Below, one piece after another: positions 39,290 to 52,645 of a stretch of DNA of 64,000 nt. This DNA is from the human T2T-CHM13v2.0 reference genome, Homo sapiens. The notes under the pieces were generated by a model. That model was given only the letters and a program-made list of their open reading frames with translations. It ran no database searches and had not been told where the DNA came from. Position 1 is the stretch's first letter. Every line of letters begins with the position of its first letter. Both the position numbers and the translations under genes were made by a program. Location of the stretch: NCBI RefSeq assembly GCF_009914755.1, contig NC_060926.1, one strand, 5' to 3'.

Positions 39290-40540
39290 TCTCATGCCTT
39301 ATTTCTCCTTCATGCTACTCTCTTCTCCTTACCTTCCTTTCACCCACACACTCCTTTGCGGAGCATCCACTGTCCACAATTCCTCTCCTTCCCTCTTCCT
39401 CCCACTGCACCCTGAGCACCATTGCCATTATTTCTCCAATCCTTCGCTTGCAAAACTGAATTTCCCAGCCAGTGGTCTCCATTCACTTCTCATTCTTCTT
39501 TACCTCTTTCAGCAGTAGGCACTGTCGACCTCTCTCTCCTTTAAACTGTCTCCTCCACTGGTGTCTGCTGGCTCTTCTCCTACGTCTCTGTGCAGTTTCT
39601 CCCTGTCTCCCTCATGGGCTCTCTTTCCTCTGCTTGCCAATTGTTCTCCAGGGTTGCCTTCCACCCTCTTCTCTAACACATTGTTCCTGGTCAGTGTCAC
39701 CAGCTCCCACAACTTCAACTACTTAATGTGTTTACCCATCACTGGCCTTGGCTCCAGAGGACCAGCCCACATTAAAGGGACCAATGGACATCTCAAATGC
39801 AGGCATCTCACCCTCAACATACCCCCCACTGAACTCTTCACGTTACCCCCTAAACCTGCTCTTCATCAATGGATGTGCCATTGTTCTCCAGGCTGCCCAG
39901 ACTAGGGACTGCAGAGCAACCGCTGATGTCTTCTTCTGTCCCTCCTTGTCTTATCTCACTTTGGAGCTGCCTACAGCACATCCTTTCCCACACCTCATCT
40001 TATCTCACATCTGTTCACACCTTCTACTCCAGCACAGTCACAGTGTCTGTCACTCAGTAGTTGCTTAAGAAATATTTGTGGAATGAATGAATGGATACCA
40101 TTGTCTTACTCTAGGATTCCGCATCTCCCACCTGAATTATTTCAGCAATTTCCTAACTGCTCTTTTAGTCTTTCTCACCTTCATTAAAGAGACTTTTCAT
40201 TTTTAAAAAAGGCAGCCAGGTGATGAGCCTACTCACTACCCTGCCTAGAATTCTCTTGAGTGTTCAGCGGCCGTAAAACAGAGTTCCCGTCCCTTGAGAT
40301 GGCATGAGTAGGGCTTTTCCATCCTGGCCCCACTTCTCCAGCCTCACCTCTTACCTTCCCCTCCTGTGCAGGGTCTCCCTTAGCACCTGTGCCTGCTTCT
40401 TTCATAGCACTGATCATGCTGTGAAAATTGCCTGTTTGCTTGTCTGTCTTCCTCTGTTAAGCTGAAGCTGTTGGAAGCCAAGGCTGTAGGTCCCCAGAGC
40501 ATAATACAGTGCCTGGCTCAAAGCTGCTGCTCAGTGTATC
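39290..40540 (+). mobile_element. L2 LINE fragments
   Basis: Pyrimidine-rich L2 body with an aaatatttgtggaatgaatgaatg end motif; boundaries approximate. Confidence 0.55.
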
Positions 40541-40880
40541 TCAAAGTTCATTAGCAGCCAAGTGGATGGAGGACCAACTGTGGGCACACTCTACTCTTTG
40601 GGGCTCATTAAACATATCAGGTACTTCCTTATCATGATCTTTTTGCTCATATTATTTCCTCTTGCTGAAATAGTTTCACCTTCTTTATGTTCTCTATACA
40701 ATTCTTCCTTCAAAGTCCAGCTTGTTGTTCAGTCCATTTCAGTAGCATCCTGCACACCTTTTCCTCACCTGGGGAGGATCAGCTGCTATCTCACTTGGTT
40801 TCCATGGCGTTTTTCTCACACCTGTTTTAGAGCATTTGCTCATTCTATCACAAGTATTTATGTATATATCTCTCACTGTA

Positions 40881-41248
40881 CAGACAGTCCCCAACTTATG
40901 GTGGTTCAACTTAGAATTTTTCGACTTTGTAATGGTATGAAAGCTGTGTGCATTCAATAGAAAGCATACTTCAAGTACCCATACAACCATTCTGTTTTTC
41001 ACTTTCAGTATAGTATTCAATAAATTACATGAGATAGTCAATACTTGATTATAAAATAGGCTTTGTGTTATCTATTTTGCCGAAGTTTAGACTGATGTCA
41101 GTGTTCTGTGAGCACATTTAAGGTTGGCTAGGCTAAGCCATGACGTTCACTAGGTTAGCTATATTAAATGCATGTTCAACTTATGACATGTTCAGCTTAC
41201 AATGGGTTTAATCTGGACATAGTCCCATCATACATCGAGGAGAATCTG
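40881..41248 (-). mobile_element. TcMar-Tigger MITE (MER47A/Tigger5a-like), full length
   Basis: TA|cagacagtccccaactta ... catcgaggagaatctg|TA; reverse-complement homologue of 2336-2693. Confidence 0.85.
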
Positions 41249-41644
41249 TACCATGAACTCCTCCATGGCGAGGAGAAACTAGTCACAGAAACTAATCCCA
41301 AAATATGGTACAGTGCCTAGTACATATTATAATTTGTGTATTTTCCAAATCAAACTAAAAACCTAAGTCTTCCTAGGGGAAGAGTGTTCGATGCAGAAGG
41401 AGCCCACAGACCTATGGAACTGTAATGAGTGGTTGTGTCATGGGGGTTTGTATTATCCTATTTCATGACTTACATGTATGTTATATGCAATATTTTATAT
41501 GTATCTAATATTATATAACAAGGACATTCAAATCAGTTTCTTAAATAAAATCCTAGAAATAGGCCCATTTTATTGAGAGGTTAATGGTATATGAGAAACC
41601 CCAAGTGAAAAGATCTTAGCATATTTTGCAAAATGAAAAAGTTC

Positions 41645-41780
41645 TGAGCAGGGCACAGTGACTCGCACCTATAATCCCAACACTTTGGAAGAGCCGAGGC
41701 AGGAGGATCACTTGAGCCCTAGAGTCTGAGACTAGCCTAGGCAACATGGTGAGACAGCATCACTATTTAAAAAAATAAAG
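41645..41780 (+). mobile_element. Alu left monomer (FLAM-like), followed by an L1M 3' end to about 41905
   Basis: Single Alu arm with A tail; then tgtgaatatatgtaacactactaaactgtacacttaaaa. Confidence 0.75.
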
Positions 41781-44700
41781 TTCCGGAAATTAGTTGCATA
41801 ATTATGTGAATATATGTAACACTACTAAACTGTACACTTAAAAATAATTAAGATAATAAGTTTTATATTAAGTTCTTTTAACCACAATTAAAAAGAAAAA
41901 AAAAATCCTGCTTTTAAAGCTGCAATTTTTCTGCAATCCAACTAGTTAAAACACCACACTATTTAGGTCAAATCAAATCACTGTATTTCTGTTCATATAA
42001 CAACAATTTTTTTTCAGTATTTTGGGAGAGGCTCATGTCCATGCATTCAGAATTTTTTCCTATATAAACAAAATTGTTCTCCCTGTCTTGTTTTCAGTGG
42101 CCTTATAGGTATCTTATGAACAGCTTTTAAAGAATTACGTAACAGATCACTTTTAATTCATTTAATTGAATTTCAAGGATAGTTCAACAAATAAGCCCAC
42201 TGGACATCTCCAATGACAAATTGCAAAGGGCAAAAATTAATCAAAAACTTGATATACCTTAAGTGGAAATAAAAATAAAGCATTAAAATAATGTTCTTCG
42301 CACCGTTAAGAATAACATTTAATTTGTAGGGCCAGACAACCCAAGCCTAACATCACCAAAAGGATTTACTGACAGTTTAATAAAAACACAACTGGGACAG
42401 GCAACTTCTGATGCAGGCATCTTGGGCCTAATACTGATTGTGCCTTCTTGATCCTGTTCCAGCCTCCACCCATTCCCATATGGACACGCCTCAGGCTACA
42501 GCTGACAAGATTATTTCTCGTTAGCACACAGAGCTCTGCCATGACCTGCCCTCACCTCTGGAGGGCAGGTACACCACACACCTCACACACCCATTTTTTT
42601 CTCATCTCTGGCTTCCCTCATCCTTTGTGGGCTGCCTGATAACCCCCAACCCCCATGCTTATGCCTGCCGGTGAAATGGAAAGAGGCGAGTTGTTGTCAA
42701 AGTCGACTGGGTTTCAATGCCGCATCTTCCTCTTCTGGTTAAAGGATTAGTCCAATCCTTTAACCTTAATTTCCCCCGTGTGAAAAACTAGAAAATTGGA
42801 ACCATATTGTCTCTAAGGCTGCTTCCTCATATTCGTACCTTCTTTGAGTGAATCTGCTTCTCCCTTTCAAGATTCCCTGGTCTGTGGTTTTCAAACCTGG
42901 TTGCATACTGAAACCATCTGAGGAGTTTTTATATGATACAAGTACTCAGGGGCAGCATTTCCAAACTATGTCAGGGCAATCATACCCTGCAAGTATGAAT
43001 AGGGGCACTTCAGAACAAGAGGTATTTAGACAGTGAGTTTTAAAGACATCCTTAAACTAAGTTGAATCACTGCCTTTACTGCAGGACTTCTCAGAGTCAT
43101 TAATAGGATAATTTGCATGTGACTCTTCAAATTTATTTTGACCCTGGAACTCTTCCTTGGCCTGTCACTACCTGTACTCTCCCAAACACTTATTAACATA
43201 CTGACATCTGGAAGGACACCAGTATTCTGCCAAATACTATTTGGGAAACACAGTCCTAGAGAACGCTGAAGCAGCTAAAAGAGCAGGTTCCTGGATCCTA
43301 AGATGCAGCCTCTTTTGTGCCCTCCCTGGAGGCTGTATCAATATCAACAAGCTTGAACATCTTGTGAACATCATCAACTCACCCTTGTTCCTTCTGTGCC
43401 CTGCTCAGATCCCACTGACACTACTAGTGTCTAAAAATCGGCTTTCCCGTAACCCAGGCAGAGGCCAGAGGCTGCTCCTTCAAGCCTCAGGGAATCTGAA
43501 ATCATGGATTTATTTTGCTGTTTCACTTCACAGACTTTTGCAGTGACACTGGCATACCATCTGATGGAGACCATGCACAGCCATTCTCTCACATTACCAT
43601 GTGAGTCCCTTAGGCCCTGTGGACTAATGGTAAAGCTCCTGCTGCAACTCTCACTTTAGACAGTGATGAATTGGGCCTTTTAAATAGTCTCAGTCTTAAG
43701 GGAGATGAGATGAGAGACCAAAAATCATTTGAAATCTGAGTTCCAAATTGGAGGGAAAAAAAGTTGACCTCATTTCTTTGAAAATTTCTGGTACCACATT
43801 CCAAATTAACACCCTTGGTACCATCCTTTGCTAAACTTTTACAGTGTAAAATTACTGGATTCAGGCAGTCCTTGGCCAGCATTAACCCACCCCAATCAGT
43901 CATGAGGTCTCTATTCAATTGATGCTGTCTATACAGTGGAAAGATTCCTTTATCCTCCATCAACTAGCATCTCATCTCTCCTGGATGTTTTCCATATCAA
44001 GTTGCCTACTTTCCCTTGATTTCTTGACTTCAATTAAAAGAATACTTACAAGGTTTGGGAGCCAGAATGGAAGGCTAGAATGTAAAAAGGGTCAGAGCAA
44101 GCATCTCCTTCTAGCTGTGACATTAAAGCCCTTATTAGATGGCTTTTCAGATCTGGATTGGCATTTCTTCTATACATAACTCTGTTCTGGTGGCTTCTCA
44201 TGCAGAATTTAAAAGGCCAGGGGGGCAGCAGTTGAGCCGGCTTTAAGAGATCAACCCAGAAGTCCCCCAGGACATACAGTGCTTTAAATCAAAGGCTTCA
44301 AAAAAGACCTTTGTCATCTAAATACAGGCACATTTATTTGAGCTAACCTCTGAGCGTGCAGGAAGTCATCATTTGTGGAAAAAAAAAAATCCATTACTAT
44401 TGACTGACAATGCAGCAGACTCCACAGCAAAAGAAAAACAAAAATTCCTGGAAAAAATAGAATAGAAGTTGCCTTAAATGCATAGCCAGGCTCATGAGAA
44501 AATAGGAGATGTTTCCAGGGCCCAAATAAAGCAGGATCTGGAAATCAGATGGTCATCTGACCCTAAAGCAGTGGCTTCCTGCCTGAGATTTTCTTATCTC
44601 AGTAACCTAGATGTTTGGCTTAATAGCCTTTCATGGGCCCATAAAAGTTTGGGAGTTGAAATTGAGTCTTCTGCCTAAAGCTGCCTAAAGCCTTGAGTGA

Positions 44701-45112
44701 AAGATGGGCTATGGGTTTGATGTGGGTGTGTATGTTTGTGTCCCTAAGAATTCATAACCTCTGAGAGGTCTAGAGTTCAAACTTACACTACTTGAGGTTT
44801 TGTAAATTGGAAGCTGAGAAAAAGTTTGGAAATGCTTAGGGATCTGCAAGAGGAAACCTGAAACCTCTGGCAGGTTCGTCCCTCAACCCAGGCCTCATAG
44901 AATTTCCATAGGTAAATGCCTACTACACATGAGCTCACAATCCCAAATTACCAAAAACCCAAGGAATATTATTTATTACTTGGGCCCTTGGGATTTTATG
45001 ATACACATGGAAAGCACAAAAGACCAGAGAAAGGATGAGGAAGTCAGTCCCTGTCAGCACTATTCCCTTTGCTCTGTCCAAAGTTAACAATAATTGTTAA
45101 ATAGCAGATACA

Positions 45113-46190
45113 CTGAAAATTCTCTGTGTATCACCATTTCTCCTGTAACATGAAATGTGTTCCTGAAGATATGACTGCATTATGGAATTTTGGCCCATGA
45201 AAATAATAGGACTAATGGGGGAAATGGGTTCAGAGCAGAACATTCAAAACTGTGCGATCTTACAAAATAATATATTAGGTTGGCGCAAAAGTAATTGCGG
45301 TTTTTGCCATTGAAAGGAATGACAAAACTGCAATTACTTTTGTGCCAACCTAACGCTAAAAAATAATAAACTCAATAAAAATGCCACCGTTTTAAACACC
45401 TTAAATTCTTAATAAAACATACTTCAGTAAATATGGCTCTTTACCTTGATTTTTTTTAAATAAACAGGTGAAGTTTCTTAGTTGACGTGAGTCTGATGCA
45501 GCACCGTGGCTTTGAGCTACAGAAACAAGACGGAAGGAAGGACATTCTTAGGGCAAAGTGTCACAACACAAGGGGAGATGGCTATGACTCAGCGTCTTGT
45601 TATTCCTTCTGCACTGGCTTAAAATAGAATTTCAGCTTTTGTTGTGTTGCCAGGTTCCTCTTTTCATGTAAAAAAAAAAGCAATTTGCGTGGTTCCAAAT
45701 AAGACTGAAAACCATGAAAGTACTATTCTGCTGCTCTCGGCATTACCTCCTTTTCTTCACTCCATCACACATGCCTCTAATCCCCTCTAAGGCAACTGGT
45801 GGCTCCTGTGAGTTCCATTCTCCTTTCTTTGGTTTTTCAGCATGGTCTCTGAGGAAGCTCATTTGGGTTTCTTTATGCCCATTGCTCTCACAGTATCTCA
45901 TCTTCTCTTATATCTTTACAAACATCTCCTGCACAGGCTGAAGGCTTTCCTCCCTCATTCAACCCCTGCATTTTTCGAACCAGGACACACGCTCCTATTG
46001 ACAGTGCTATGTAAAAGGTTTTTAATGAGGAAAAGAACACGCATTCAGGAGCGCCATACATGCTGGACTTGCACAAGGACACACCTAAGTGAGAAAGCAA
46101 ATGAGGTATGCCTGGTTTCTGCATATTCCTCCCCAGGTCACTACTGGTGGCTGGGCAGCATTTTCACATTCACCTGATGTTACTCAGTGG
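45113..46190. mobile_element. Old Tigger element (Tigger13a-like), fragmented
   Basis: gttcctgaag...aataataggactaatgggggaaatggg...taaatatggctctttaccttga collinear with the recalled consensus; second fragment about 46105-46190. Confidence 0.55.
45275..45353. mobile_element. MADE1 (Hsmar1-derived) palindromic MITE
   Basis: ttaggttggcgcaaaagtaattgcggtttttgccatt-gaaagg-aatgacaaaactgcaattacttttgtgccaacctaa. Confidence 0.93.
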
Positions 46191-47367
46191 CGCCGAATAC
46201 TGTCACCTCACACTTTTAAATGTGTAATGGTTAATGTTATATGAAGTTGACTATGAAGAACAAAAGACGAAAAATGTACATTACCTTCTCCTTTACCTTG
46301 CAAAAATCATATTTTGAGCTGGCACAGTTTTGCAGTTTAGTGATTTTAATGCCCTGTTTAACTACCACATATGAACAGTCACAAGTTACATATCTGTGTT
46401 GGAACAAAACAGACTGTGCGTGTAGTTTTCAAATTTTCAGAAAGTCTTCTTAGAAATGAATTTCGGATACAAAACTGGAAAATGGAGTCTATAATCACAG
46501 GGCAAGTGAATTTACATGGAAGCCTGGGTTAGGGGATGAAAGGGGGTATAGGTGGTATCTAATAAGATGGCACAATTAACCGTAAGGCCAACCCGTGACT
46601 CTGATTAGATTCCCATGACGCAATGCATCCAAGCATCACAGCCCACTCTTGGCAGTTGGGACTTTCAGCATCTTAACTACTGAAGAAACATTTATATGGA
46701 GGGTTAAGAGACCAGAATTGAATCTTGTAACATGTATTAAGTGCTTATTTGAGAGGCAAGGAAGTTTATTATAATCAGAAATGCTTCCTTTATCCCTCCC
46801 TTTTCAGGAACACACACTCATTTATTCCAGAAATAGTGGCCGAGTAACAAACACTAAGCTGTGTGTCAGGAGATAAGTATGCCCATGTCTTCAAGAGCTT
46901 ACAGTCCAGTGCGGAAGACAGAGGAATAAACACAGTTCAGTGAGTTTGTTGCTAACAGTGCAGACAGAGAGAGATAAGATCCATGTCCCTAATTCCCAGG
47001 GAGCCATCTGGCTGGGATTGTTTCAGGGCTGGATCTAGAAATCCAGGCCGTGCCAGCCTTGTATGCAGATGACCACAAATTCACATCAGTGGAAGCCAAG
47101 GAGTACCTGCATGCAGAGCTGAAAATTTACTCCAGAAATAGTTCTATGTCTTCCCCAACACAGGACGGGAGGCAGTGGAGAGCCCAGAGTTCCTGACAAT
47201 GGAGCGGGGACACCAAAATTTTTAGAATGAAACAGCTTCAAAGCTGGTCTTTCTAATCAGCTATAAGCAAGTCTCAACAGAACACTCATGGGAATGTCTG
47301 ACTTGAAGCTAAACATAGCCCCTGCATATCTGACAGAGGTATGGGGCTCCAGGAAATAAGCTAATTC

Positions 47368-47530
47368 ACAGTTCTCAAAGTGTGGTCCCTAGACCAGCAG
47401 GTACTTTGTCAGAAATGCAAGTGCCCCTCCCCAAACCCACTAATGAGGAACTCAGGGGTGTACCCCAGAAAGCTGTGTTTTAAGAAGCCCTCCAGGTGAT
47501 TCTGATACTCAATAAAGTTTGAAACCACTG
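47368..47530. mobile_element. MER5A-like hAT-Charlie MITE
   Basis: cagttctcaaagtgtggtcc...ccctccaggtgattctgat...aaagtttgaaaccactg. Confidence 0.8.
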
Positions 47531-50500
47531 AGCTAATTAAAATTAGAGGACAAATGCTTCATTTCGTTAATAAAGGAGTTATCTGAAGCAGCTCTCTTGG
47601 ACTTTGTCTAAACAGCAGAGATGCCTGTGTGTCAAGGAAGTGTCTCCTTTGCAGCAAGAGACCAGCCCTTCGGCAGAGAGGACTTGCAGGAAGTGCCCTG
47701 CATTCAGCTCATGCAAAAAGGACACGGAGACACAAAAATACAACTTAAGAAGAAAGGGGCCAAAAACGAGTCCCCTGTTTTGTTCCATTTCTCATGCCAT
47801 GAGATGAGCATTTGTCAACAATGAGCCTGTCTATACAGCTTATCCTATTAACCAGTCCCAGTCACAGAGTGAGGAGACAAGAAAGATGAGGAGGGGAGAT
47901 GTGAAGTTGTGGTGGAGGATTTCTCAACAAGGTGACAGAGGCAAAACAGGGGACCACAAGGAATCACTAGGCCTGGCATTCTTTTGCTGCTAAAGCAGCA
48001 TGTGGGCCTGACTCGCGGCTTCAAACGGAACGTCTAGTGAGCCTGTGCAGCCGTCATCTGGTAGGTGGGAAAGGTGCCCATGTTGAGAACTAGAATGACA
48101 GCATCCTTTCTTCCACTGCACAAGACTGTAACAGTAGAGTTAGCAAGTGACAAACACAACGGCAAGGATCAAAGCCTACACATTAAGAATCAAACTTCAA
48201 TACTGCTAGAGAAAAAAGAAAAGCAAAATAAACTCATCAGGTGCTTTATCTCACTTTAACAATTTCTAAAATCAATTTATAAAGCCATTTATAAAAAAAT
48301 AAAATGAATTATTAGAGAGCGCTTTACAGAGACCCAAATGGTTGAACTTAATTCATAAAACCAAAATAGTTCAACTTCCCAGGCATGAAACAGGCCCTGA
48401 GAACACGCAATCTTTCTACTCTATTCGTACTATGCTGACTGCATCTCCACATCTTCCATCATTACTATTTCCAACAGCCAAACTCAGGAGTGCACATAAA
48501 AACTGGAATTTGTTTGACTCAATGAGAATTTGTCAGTAACATTTCAATTTGATCAGATTCTACCTGGTCTTTTCTGACTTTCCTTTATCTATGCAATGAT
48601 CGTCATCAAATCTGACCCTACCTCATGTCAGCCTGAACAGAGACGGATAAAGTCAGAATTAAAGTCACTGGTAAGAGAGGAGAGGAGATGCATCTCCCAA
48701 CACACAGCAGTTTCAAGAAATTCTCAGGTATCAGAGAAATACCAATAGAATTCAGGAGTTCCATATTCCATCTCATTTTTCCCGTCCCCTTTACCTCACC
48801 AGCCCATCTCTTAGTGCAAAAGGGACTCTAGGGCAGCTATCCCAAGGAGGCAAATGGTCACTTTCTGCTTCTCTAAAATACCCAGTCTAAAGGTGGTAGT
48901 AAGTGGGGAAGTGGTACTAGCCTGCAGAGTAGAAATGTGAAAAATGTTCTCAGATTTACTCCCATACTACCATCCAGTTCTTCCATGTTATGCTTATGTT
49001 TATTATTTTCCATTAAAATATTTTATTAACGACCCTTCAACCCTATCCATCTTCTTTGTCCCTCCTAATGAGGAAGGCGCCAAAGAGCCCACCCATAACC
49101 AGGAGGATGCTCACATAACCTGAGAAAAAGGAGAGTGGGCCAAACCAAGCCTGAGCTTGGAAGCTGATTCTAGCTTGCATTCTAGTTGGAAACAGAGGAT
49201 TTCTAGTCATGCTGGTTGGAAACAAATAATTATGCAATTTGCCTTTCAATTACAATTCAAAGTGCTACAGAAAACAAACATGATGGGAGCCCACAAAGAG
49301 AACCTTGTCCTTTCTGTGAGATTCCCAGGGGAGGTGCATTTACTGGAGATCTGTTTGATAAGTAGGTGTTCACTGGGGAATGTGCAGGGCTGTGGACTGA
49401 GCGTGGAGGAGGTAGCGAGCATTTGGGCAGAAGATACTGCACTTGAGAAGCAGCAGAGCATGTGGAAGGAACAAGAAGGTGCCCAGGAGACTGGAGTGCA
49501 GAAAGTGAAGGAGAGAGACACAGTGGGAGGGAAGTAAGGCCACATCATGTGGAACCTGTGGGACATGGGGGCAGTTTGCATTATATCCTATAAGCCATGG
49601 GAAGCCATTAGCAGGGGTGCACTGGTTTTAAGTACTGAAGCAACCACGGAGATATCTATTTTTAAGGCTACTCTGTGTGTGGCCGTGTTGCCATGGTGCC
49701 GCAGGCTACAGAGCAATGCAGGCTTTTGCCCAAGCTGCTCCTCCAGGCAACACAGACTCTGGCCCTGAGGGGAGTGGGGTGGGCTGAGAAAGCTGACATG
49801 TCTCTGTGCTCAGAGCACTCCTTTGGGTGGCCCATGTGCTGGTCTTGGCACAAGGATTTGGCCCACTCACGGACAGCCTATCCAACTTTACTGCTTGGAA
49901 TTCTCATCCCTGACTCCAAGCTTAGCCTGTCTAGATCATACTTTTAAAAGCTGTCCTGCCATCCTGTGGTGAGCTGCACCCTGCTCCCCAGGGGCAAGCT
50001 TTCGGTGCATGGGCTTGAAGCAATGAGAAGACTTCCTGCCCATTCCTGCTGAACATAACCAGAAGCCGAACCAGTGAGACCAGGTTGGAGGTGCTTAATT
50101 CCTGTTTACCTGAACAGAGTGGCATTTTTTCCAGAAGCTCAGGTGCCCAACTTACAGTGCGTCAATGTGAAATCTGGATCATAAACCAGCCCCTCTTTAT
50201 CAATATTTAATAAATCATGGATTTTAGCATTGTGTTTTGGGTTCCTTAGGGTCTGGCACATTGCAGGATGTAGAATAGATATTCAATTAATACTTAATAC
50301 ATTAAATTAAATAGCAACCGCATTGATGGGTTGGTCTGAGTGTTGGGCCACCTAGAACTGCATTCCCCAGCCAGTGTCATATGCTGACACACATGTGGCC
50401 AGGCATACTGCTACTGACTCCCCCAAAACCCTTGGCCACTGTCAGAACACCAGCCTCCTGTCTCACTCAGTTCATGAAATGCTGGCCCCTTGGCATCTCT

Positions 50501-52603
50501 GTCTGGAAGCCACCATGCAAAGGCATTTAGTATATGCAGGGGGGGTATGAAAGATGTAATCAAGGTAAGAGACAAATACAACAAGAAAGGGAAAGGAGAG
50601 TATTAATAGCATGCAGCATCTATTGAGCACCTACTCACTACCAGATGCTTAACACACATGATCGCTCATGATGACTCAGTTTCTGCAAGGTTCATGTTAT
50701 TACTTCATTTAACAAATGAGGACAGTGGAGATCAGACAGGTTAAGGGACTCATCAAATCCTGACAGTCAGGAGAAGGCAGGTCTGGAATTCACATATAAC
50801 ATCTATGCTGTGCTTAGCTCATAGCACCGTGGAGACAAAAGCCCTCTGCTCAGCACCAAACCTCTTCACACCCAGGGGCCTTGCCACATATGCTGCCCTC
50901 TCAACATCTGTCTCTTCCCAAACATCCTGTTCCCCCTCTCACTCCCTTCCCTACCCCTGCCCCAGGAGAACAGATGCATTCCAGATCTTGGTCCCCAGAT
51001 CCTCACCCCTCCCTCCAGTTTCCAGACATTTCCTGCTGTAAAGTAATTTACTGCTTCTGGGATGATGGGAAATCAGTCCTGGACAGGAGCGATCCTCCCC
51101 AGAGATTTCCTTAAGGAACTCTGAGCCAGGGTTGAGTGGGTGAGCACAATCATGGCTTTGCATTTTCCAGAGACTTTCACCAGGCGTCTCACAGCAGCCA
51201 GGAAGTGGAGGCAGATGAAATGAGAGTTTGAAACCCCTGGAGGCCTTCACTTCTGCCTCTTCAATTAATGGAATACCATACTTTCAGAGGACTGGAGTCT
51301 TGGGCCATTGGCTAAGGTTAACAGAACCTGCAGTGGGAAGCCTGCCTCCTCATGCAGAGATGACGTTATCAATAATGGTAGGGTGGGTAACAGCGTGGGG
51401 ATTGGAGCCCTAACAAGGTCCCAGAATAATCATCAAACCAGAGGAGACATGTGCTGAGTAGGGAGAGCTGAAGAGGTGCTTGCTGCCAGCTAAGCAGCCT
51501 GGCCTGCAGCCAGAGCCCGGCTCCCCGACTGGAGGAAGAAAAAATGGGTCCTGTGGGCTGTGCCCGAGCACCCAACTACAAAGGCAGCACCTGATGTTAA
51601 GGCATCAAGAGATAGGGAATGAGCTTTGGATTTGCCAGAAGTCCTCTAAGTAAAAGAACTGAGTAGGGGACCCAAAATTCTGATAATAAGTTTGGGGTGA
51701 GAGGAGGAAGCCCTCCAAGGCACAGAGTGGAATTATAGTAGATAATTGCCAAATGCCATGTAAGAGACTCTAAATCCATTTAACGGTGAGGGCTTTCCTT
51801 TTATGACAGAGGGGTACAAGTTGGGGTCAAGAGGGAGGAGGGACTGCTCACTGGCCCCAGCTGTCCCTGCTCTGTCCTTATCCCATGTGTCATCATTCTC
51901 TCATGGGTTAGACTGTCTCCCAATTACTTGCCCATCCAGAGTTTCCACATGTCTCTCTTCAGCCCCAAAGATGGGACAGTCAGAATCTTATAACACTGTT
52001 AGTTAAAGCTTTGTGCCCCTAAGTGTCAGTGCCCTGAAAGAAATCCCTGGACACTCCTTTGCTGCCTCTGTTGGGACTCGGTCTGCCTGGGCAGCACATC
52101 CACCCTGCAAAGACACCCGTGGGGACCAGTGACAGCTGAAGGACTGCCAGCAGCCCGCGTGGGGTCCACGCTTGACACATCCCTAAAGCACCATGTTAAC
52201 TTCCATTGTGTGACAATTCTTTGTTAAATGTGTAGACGATTGGATAGATGGATGAATAAATAATCTGATATGTGAATGACTCGGTGAATAAATGAGTGAA
52301 TAAATTTGCATGATAGTTATCTGGGGTAGGAAATGAAACTGTGACCTGTGGAACATTTATTTCTCTATACAAAACCAGAAGAGACGCAAATGAGACTGGA
52401 ACCCTCAGCCTGAGTCATATGCTAACTAGCAGAGCTACTCTGTCCAGCAAAGACACCTCTCATGGCAGTGATTAAGCCCGACTTGCTGGGGCCATTGCCA
52501 TGGTAATTATGGCAGCACCACCACGGTACCTCCTGACAGCAAGCCTCTTAGGAGGCAGGTAGCCAGAGATTTTTCACTGACCTGTTCTCTGTTTTCTTTT
52601 CAG

Positions 52604-52645
52604 ATTATCAAGGAGGTCCCTCCACCCCCTGCCGAGGAGAGTGAG
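52604..52645 (+). CDS. ANTXR1: ANTXR1 42-nt cytoplasmic exon (about exon 14): IIKEVPPPPAEESE
   Basis: Branch-point-like cactgac at 52575, long pyrimidine tract, ttttcag|ATT acceptor and GAG|gtaagt donor; contains K352 by recalled numbering. Confidence 0.96.
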
